Below are positions 40,227 to 43,965 of a DNA stretch of 43,965 nucleotides, piece after piece; the first letter of the stretch is position 1; every line of letters starts with the position of its first letter. The DNA lies in NCBI GenBank assembly GCA_051648945.1, contig JBOFGC010000414.1, forward strand, positions 1 to 43,965, written 5' to 3'. A program made the position numbers and the translations under genes. Below the pieces are notes generated by a model. The model saw nothing but the letters and a program-made list of their open reading frames with translations, was not told where the DNA came from and did not search any database. The stretch comes from Bacilli bacterium. Lineage in GTDB: Bacteria > Bacillota > Bacilli > JBOFGC01.

Positions 40227-41579
40227 CTAAAGAAAATGAGCAAAGTAACGAGCGCGAGTTAATCCGACGTAATCTAACTGACGGCGAATCTTCTCATCGC
40301 AGTATTCATCCAATCCGGAGCGTAGAATGAATACGCCATCGTACGTGCTGCCTTGCGATTTATGAAACGTACACGCAGCGGCTCCTTTAACATCAGTGAA
40401 CTTGTTTTTCAAATCCCAAAATTTACTCCACATATCACGCATCTTGTATTTACTAGCACCAGTTCGAGACATCCGCTTGTAATGCATCGCGGTGTAGTGC
40501 AAATACGTGTCGAGTTCAGCACGAGAGCTTTCATCGACGATAACGTTGATAGGATACGTCTGGTCGCCTTTTTTATTCCGTAAGTATATCTTGTAATACT
40601 CTACATGAATCGGGTCAAGGCCATCGTACTCCGGTAACCTGAATGTCTCGATAATCTTTTCGATGCTCGATGTGTTGCACTGGTTGTCCTGTACAATTTG
40701 AACAGTCTCGCCATTATGAAACACGGGCTCGGTGATTTTCATTCCTTTAGATCGCAGTTCACGACTGACGGGCTGTTGCATCACTAAGTATTCACCGCGA
40801 ATAAACGGTTCAGTTGTATTGTAGATTCGCTGACGAATAATGTCGTTCAGTTTGTCTACCGTTTTATTTGTATAAGCGATGATCTTATATTTCAGCATAT
40901 CTTCAGGCACTTTCACGTATTTCCAGTAAGTGCGCATCAAGTCAGATAGTGAGTTGTGTTTAAAAACTCCCTCTTCCTCATTCTTAACGAAGTGATACGG
41001 AATCCCGCCTTCTTTACGAACGTGCGTTGATACCTGAATAATAGGACTATCTTTTCCCTGTCGAACGATTTCTTTCAGAATGATTCGTTCGAATTGGTCA
41101 CTAAAGAAAATAGGACTAATGATACCAGGATCGTTCTTTACTGGTTGCAACTGATACGGATCGCCTAGACCAAAAATACGACAACTAGGCGGCACAGTAT
41201 TAACCATAATTTGAAACAGTTGTCCGTCTACCATAGACGCTTCATCTAGTACAAGGATATCGACTTCACTCAAATCAGGAATTCCTGTCTGATCGAATAC
41301 AACTTGGTCCTCGTATGTATCAGCGCTGATTCTCAGAATCGAATGAATCGTGTGCGCATCGACGTTTAACGTTTCTTGTATAACTTCTTTCGCTGCGTGA
41401 GTAGGCGCACAGTATATAATTCGTTTATCTGGGAATGCACTCAGTAATTGACGAAGTAATGTGGTCTTGCCTGTACCCGCTGCCCCACAGATAATGAAAT
41501 TGTGATGTGTCATGGTAAGTCGGAACAAGCCCGACTTTTGACATTCTGTTAACTCAAACGGCACAGCATTAACGGTCAT
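40227..41579 (-). CDS. dda: Dda-type SF1B (RecD-like) DNA helicase
   Basis: Collinear with T4 Dda: L.E.Q, G.AGTGKTTL, APTHAAK, T(I)HS.L.I, DE.SM.D..LF, (I/F)G.GD..Q..PV, TNK.VDKLN.IIR..I, FHK.QG.(S/T), YVG.TR.R. Confidence 0.93.
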   Translation of the reverse strand: MTVNAVPFELTECQKSGLFRLTMTHHNFIICGAAGTGKTTLLRQLLSAFPDKRIIYCAPTHAAKEVIQETLNVDAHTIHSILRISADTYEDQVVFDQTGIPDLSEVDILVLDEASMVDGQLFQIMVNTVPPSCRIFGLGDPYQLQPVKNDPGIISPIFFSDQFERIILKEIVRQGKDSPIIQVSTHVRKEGGIPYHFVKNEEEGVFKHNSLSDLMRTYWKYVKVPEDMLKYKIIAYTNKTVDKLNDIIRQRIYNTTEPFIRGEYLVMQQPVSRELRSKGMKITEPVFHNGETVQIVQDNQCNTSSIEKIIETFRLPEYDGLDPIHVEYYKIYLRNKKGDQTYPINVIVDESSRAELDTYLHYTAMHYKRMSRTGASKYKMRDMWSKFWDLKNKFTDVKGAAACTFHKSQGSTYDGVFILRSGLDEYCDEKIRRQLDYVGLTRARYFAHFL

Positions 41580-42039
41580 ATTTTACCACTTCGATAATCA
41601 TGTTACTTGAGTTGGATTCGATGATTTTACGAATCACCTCCCAATCACCACCTGCGATTCCTGCGCCAATCATAGGAATAAAAATAGTAGGCTTAACTTC
41701 GCTAATTGAGAACATATCGTTCAGACGACGAAACGACGCTTCGATAAACTCATAACTATAATTGCGACCAGGATAGAACTGGGTGTATAAGTTATAAATC
41801 GTTACGCTGCCGACTTTCGCAATACTGAACTTACCTGCTAAATTGTGACTGCCTTCTTTCTCTAACATCACACGATCAGCACGAGGAGATTCAGGAAAAG
41901 TCTGCGTTACTTGTCCAGCGATTCCGCTTGCCATTGCACCAAAGCAATTACAGCCGTGTGCGAAAATGAAAGGTTTGTTTTCTGCTTTCGCATCTAACGC
42001 CATTTGAATCAAGTCGCCGGTAATTCGTTCGCGTAACAT
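41569..42039 (-). CDS. Macro-domain protein (TARG1/Poa1p-like clade; T4 Tk.4-type)
   Basis: GDL......(F/L)AHGCNC.G.M.SGIA, .IYNLYTQ and IPMIGAGIAGGDWE.(I/V) parallel the TARG1 motifs GDLF..SLAHCIS.DC.MGAGIA, YIYYLITK and MPRIGCGLDRL.WE. Confidence 0.7.
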   Translation of the reverse strand: MLRERITGDLIQMALDAKAENKPFIFAHGCNCFGAMASGIAGQVTQTFPESPRADRVMLEKEGSHNLAGKFSIAKVGSVTIYNLYTQFYPGRNYSYEFIEASFRRLNDMFSISEVKPTIFIPMIGAGIAGGDWEVIRKIIESNSSNMIIEVVKYDR

Positions 42040-42042
42040 AAT

Positions 42043-42438
42043 TTACTCCACGTTGTAATGTTCTAGTTCATATCGACGATTTTTAATCTCGTCGTGTATA
42101 AGGTGCATCTTATCATAAATTGACGCTTGGTCAATCAAATTATGCAAATCGATATGCATTCGACTCAATTGATAAAACACATCCTCGTCGACGATTCCGA
42201 TACCGTCGCATTCTACAATCTTACCGTGGCGAATGCAATAGCCTTGTTCGCTTTGTAGAATCTTACCAACTAAGTCAAGAATATAACACTCACGCAAGTA
42301 AGCACTGTCAAATGTCTTTCCAGTCATCGACTCAAATTCTTCGCCATTCATCTCCGAGAAATCATCGTGTAGTTCCGTGTATTCTCGGAGCGCATGAAAG
42401 TTGTGCCAGTGAATCTCGAATTTTTCTTTGAGTGTCAT
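42043..42438 (-). CDS. Hypothetical protein (131 aa)
   Basis: The ATG at 42438 has a GGAG SD. The track ATG at 42450 abuts a GC hairpin (42451-42466). I recognise no family. Confidence 0.5.
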   Translation of the reverse strand: MTLKEKFEIHWHNFHALREYTELHDDFSEMNGEEFESMTGKTFDSAYLRECYILDLVGKILQSEQGYCIRHGKIVECDGIGIVDEDVFYQLSRMHIDLHNLIDQASIYDKMHLIHDEIKNRRYELEHYNVE

Positions 42439-42470
42439 TGTGTTCTCCATAGGGCCCGAAGGCCCTTTTA

Positions 42471-43622
42471 TTATCGACGAACGTACATTTCAGGTACGAG
42501 TTCTTTCCAGTATTTCTGAACTAACTGTTTCGAGCTTTCTAAAATTGAACTGTATGATTGATCTGCATAAGCCCACATTGTTACCATAAACGACATATTA
42601 TCAGATTTGCCAAACTGAATCAATGCTTTTTCTGCATACGACTTGCGATCTAAATGTTTGTTTTCATCCAAAAACTGAACAGCGTTTGAAAATACAGCAC
42701 TCAGACGGCCAATATATGCACGTTCCAAATCATCGATTTTCTTCAATGCGTTAGGATTAGTCGACACGGTAGCACGTAGATCGTCTGATGTCTCGTCAAA
42801 GCAACACTGTAACACTTGCTGATTAGAGTTGATACGGTCACGGAATGCATGCTTTTCGAAGTACCACTTGGTCTTAATTTTTGTGCGACCGTTTGCGGTG
42901 TATACGACGTATCCCTCAATTCCTACTTGTTCTTGTGTGTCGTTTATCCACTCATCGCTACCCATACTAGCAGGATACACTGCTGCCATATAAGGACGTA
43001 GAATTGGGTCGTTGAATATCTCAGTGATAGGAACGTATTCGCCGGTTTCGTTATTTCGTACGTTCAGAATAACCAATCGGTCTTCTGGATAAGATAGAAC
43101 GTTTAGATTTGATGGACCAACGAACTCACAGTTAGCGGTGTATCCATCAATCGACAATTCGCGCAAACGCTGTTTGAGTTCGTAATGATCGTTCAGCCAG
43201 ATTTTCGCCTTGACCGCAACATCAGTGTGCATAGACGACATTGATTTCAAATCTAAGTATCCGCAATCTGCGAACGTCGAGATGATACTACCGTCTAATT
43301 TTTCACCAATATATTCGCAATCATCCCAGTTAATACCAACCGCATTCTTTTCGCCAACGTTGAAGAATTTCTCCATCGGACGACATGCGATACGAACAGC
43401 CTTGTCGTTTTGGTCTAACTCAAACATTACACCGCGACATTCTTTTGCGTCTTTCTGTTCCCAATCACACGCGGATGAAATGAGATATCCGAATACACGC
43501 ATTTTGGTTCCCATGCCCGTAACGTAATCTGCATATTGAAACTGAATGCCACGATTGTCGCACATTTTCATTAAGTTGTTATAAAGATTAGTTACAGACT
43601 TGTTAACTCGAACCTTTTTCAT
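42471..43622 (-). CDS. rnlA: RNA ligase 1 (T4 gp63/RnlA homologue)
   Basis: Collinear with T4 RnlA: L(Y/F)NNLM..C, ECRG.MFE.D, RIA.RPMEKFFN, the adenylation-lysine context (I/L).(E/T)K.DGS., DG(Y/F)TAN.EFV.P.N..VL.Y, ILLNVR.NETGEY, LRPY, IEGYV. Confidence 0.92.
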   Translation of the reverse strand: MKKVRVNKSVTNLYNNLMKMCDNRGIQFQYADYVTGMGTKMRVFGYLISSACDWEQKDAKECRGVMFELDQNDKAVRIACRPMEKFFNVGEKNAVGINWDDCEYIGEKLDGSIISTFADCGYLDLKSMSSMHTDVAVKAKIWLNDHYELKQRLRELSIDGYTANCEFVGPSNLNVLSYPEDRLVILNVRNNETGEYVPITEIFNDPILRPYMAAVYPASMGSDEWINDTQEQVGIEGYVVYTANGRTKIKTKWYFEKHAFRDRINSNQQVLQCCFDETSDDLRATVSTNPNALKKIDDLERAYIGRLSAVFSNAVQFLDENKHLDRKSYAEKALIQFGKSDNMSFMVTMWAYADQSYSSILESSKQLVQKYWKELVPEMYVRR

Positions 43623-43925
43623 TTAGTTCTCCAAGAAAGCTAAGGTCGTCGTTTCGACCTTATTATAATAATTGACAGCTCTTGCTATCGTGTCTCCATG
43701 ACAAGCTTTGGGTTTACACGTACAACCTAAACGCTTACCTGCCATGGATTTTAATTCGTCTACAGTGATGATTCCGTCATTTAGCATATTGATAAAGTGA
43801 ATTTCATACATCGCTAATGCTTGAGTGAGGGGCATATTCTTATGTGGATTTCCCCACTTGGTGCCCCTCTGAATGTCGATGTCGTATTCAGTTTTGTATT
43901 TGTTTACGACAACACATCGACTCAT
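43623..43925 (-). CDS. DUF4326-like small protein (100 aa)
   Basis: Pattern RG.KWGNP....., then ....L.GK.LGC.CKP..CHGD matches the DUF4326 family signature as I recall it. It is contiguous with rnlA (TAA immediately followed by ATG). Confidence 0.45.
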   Translation of the reverse strand: MSRCVVVNKYKTEYDIDIQRGTKWGNPHKNMPLTQALAMYEIHFINMLNDGIITVDELKSMAGKRLGCTCKPKACHGDTIARAVNYYNKVETTTLAFLEN

Positions 43926-43965
43926 GCAGACATTTTACCTTTCAACACACCGTGGTGTTTATAAT

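Noticed and set aside
1-43965. Searched intergenic regions over ~70 nt (23604-23681, 27024-27129, 29932-30052, 31197-31301, 35803-35881, 36203-36304) for tRNA, sRNA or CRISPR features
   Set aside because: No cloverleaf-compatible sequence (T-loop GTTCRANYC with a matching acceptor stem) and no regularly spaced direct repeats were found. The spacers are accounted for by promoters, terminators and hairpins.

Overview
This window is a segment of a T4-like (Straboviridae-type) myophage genome. Nearly every identifiable gene matches a T4 protein as I recall those sequences; no database search was possible. Positions 1-22220 form a late, plus-strand structural block containing gp22 scaffold, three tandem full-length gp23 major-capsid paralogues, a roughly 14-kb cluster of fibre-like genes, a divergently transcribed Ig-domain (Hoc-like) gene and gp24 vertex protein. 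The fibre cluster includes three collagen-like proteins, a duplicated module of a small protein plus a collagen fibre, and two paralogues built from ~85-aa repeats. Positions 22251-43925 form an early or middle minus-strand block with T4-like synteny. In order it carries rnlA, macro domain, dda, secreted transglycosylase, i- and o-spanin, pseT, cd, gp31, rIII-like, ligase gp30 and uvsY, with uvsW and a uvsW.1-position ORF as a plus-strand island. Accessory cargo is interspersed: a glyA (SHMT) plus Tsx/OmpK-type porin operon, a ygiB-ygiC-like lipoprotein and ATP-grasp pair, a SpoT-type small alarmone hydrolase, and a DprA/SLOG-like protein. The non-coding architecture is very regular. It shows GGAGCC-tetraloop-GGCTCC terminators, sigma70-like promoters with 16-17 nt spacers placed directly behind terminators (one ~90-bp cassette occurs twice), exact TATAAATA late promoters, and frequent TAATG/ATGA coupling overlaps. 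I found no tRNA, rRNA, CRISPR array, transposase or homing endonuclease. The most unusual feature is the triple gp23 array, whose divergence is confined to the block that aligns with the T4 gp23 insertion domain, followed directly by the fibre cluster inserted between genes 23 and 24.
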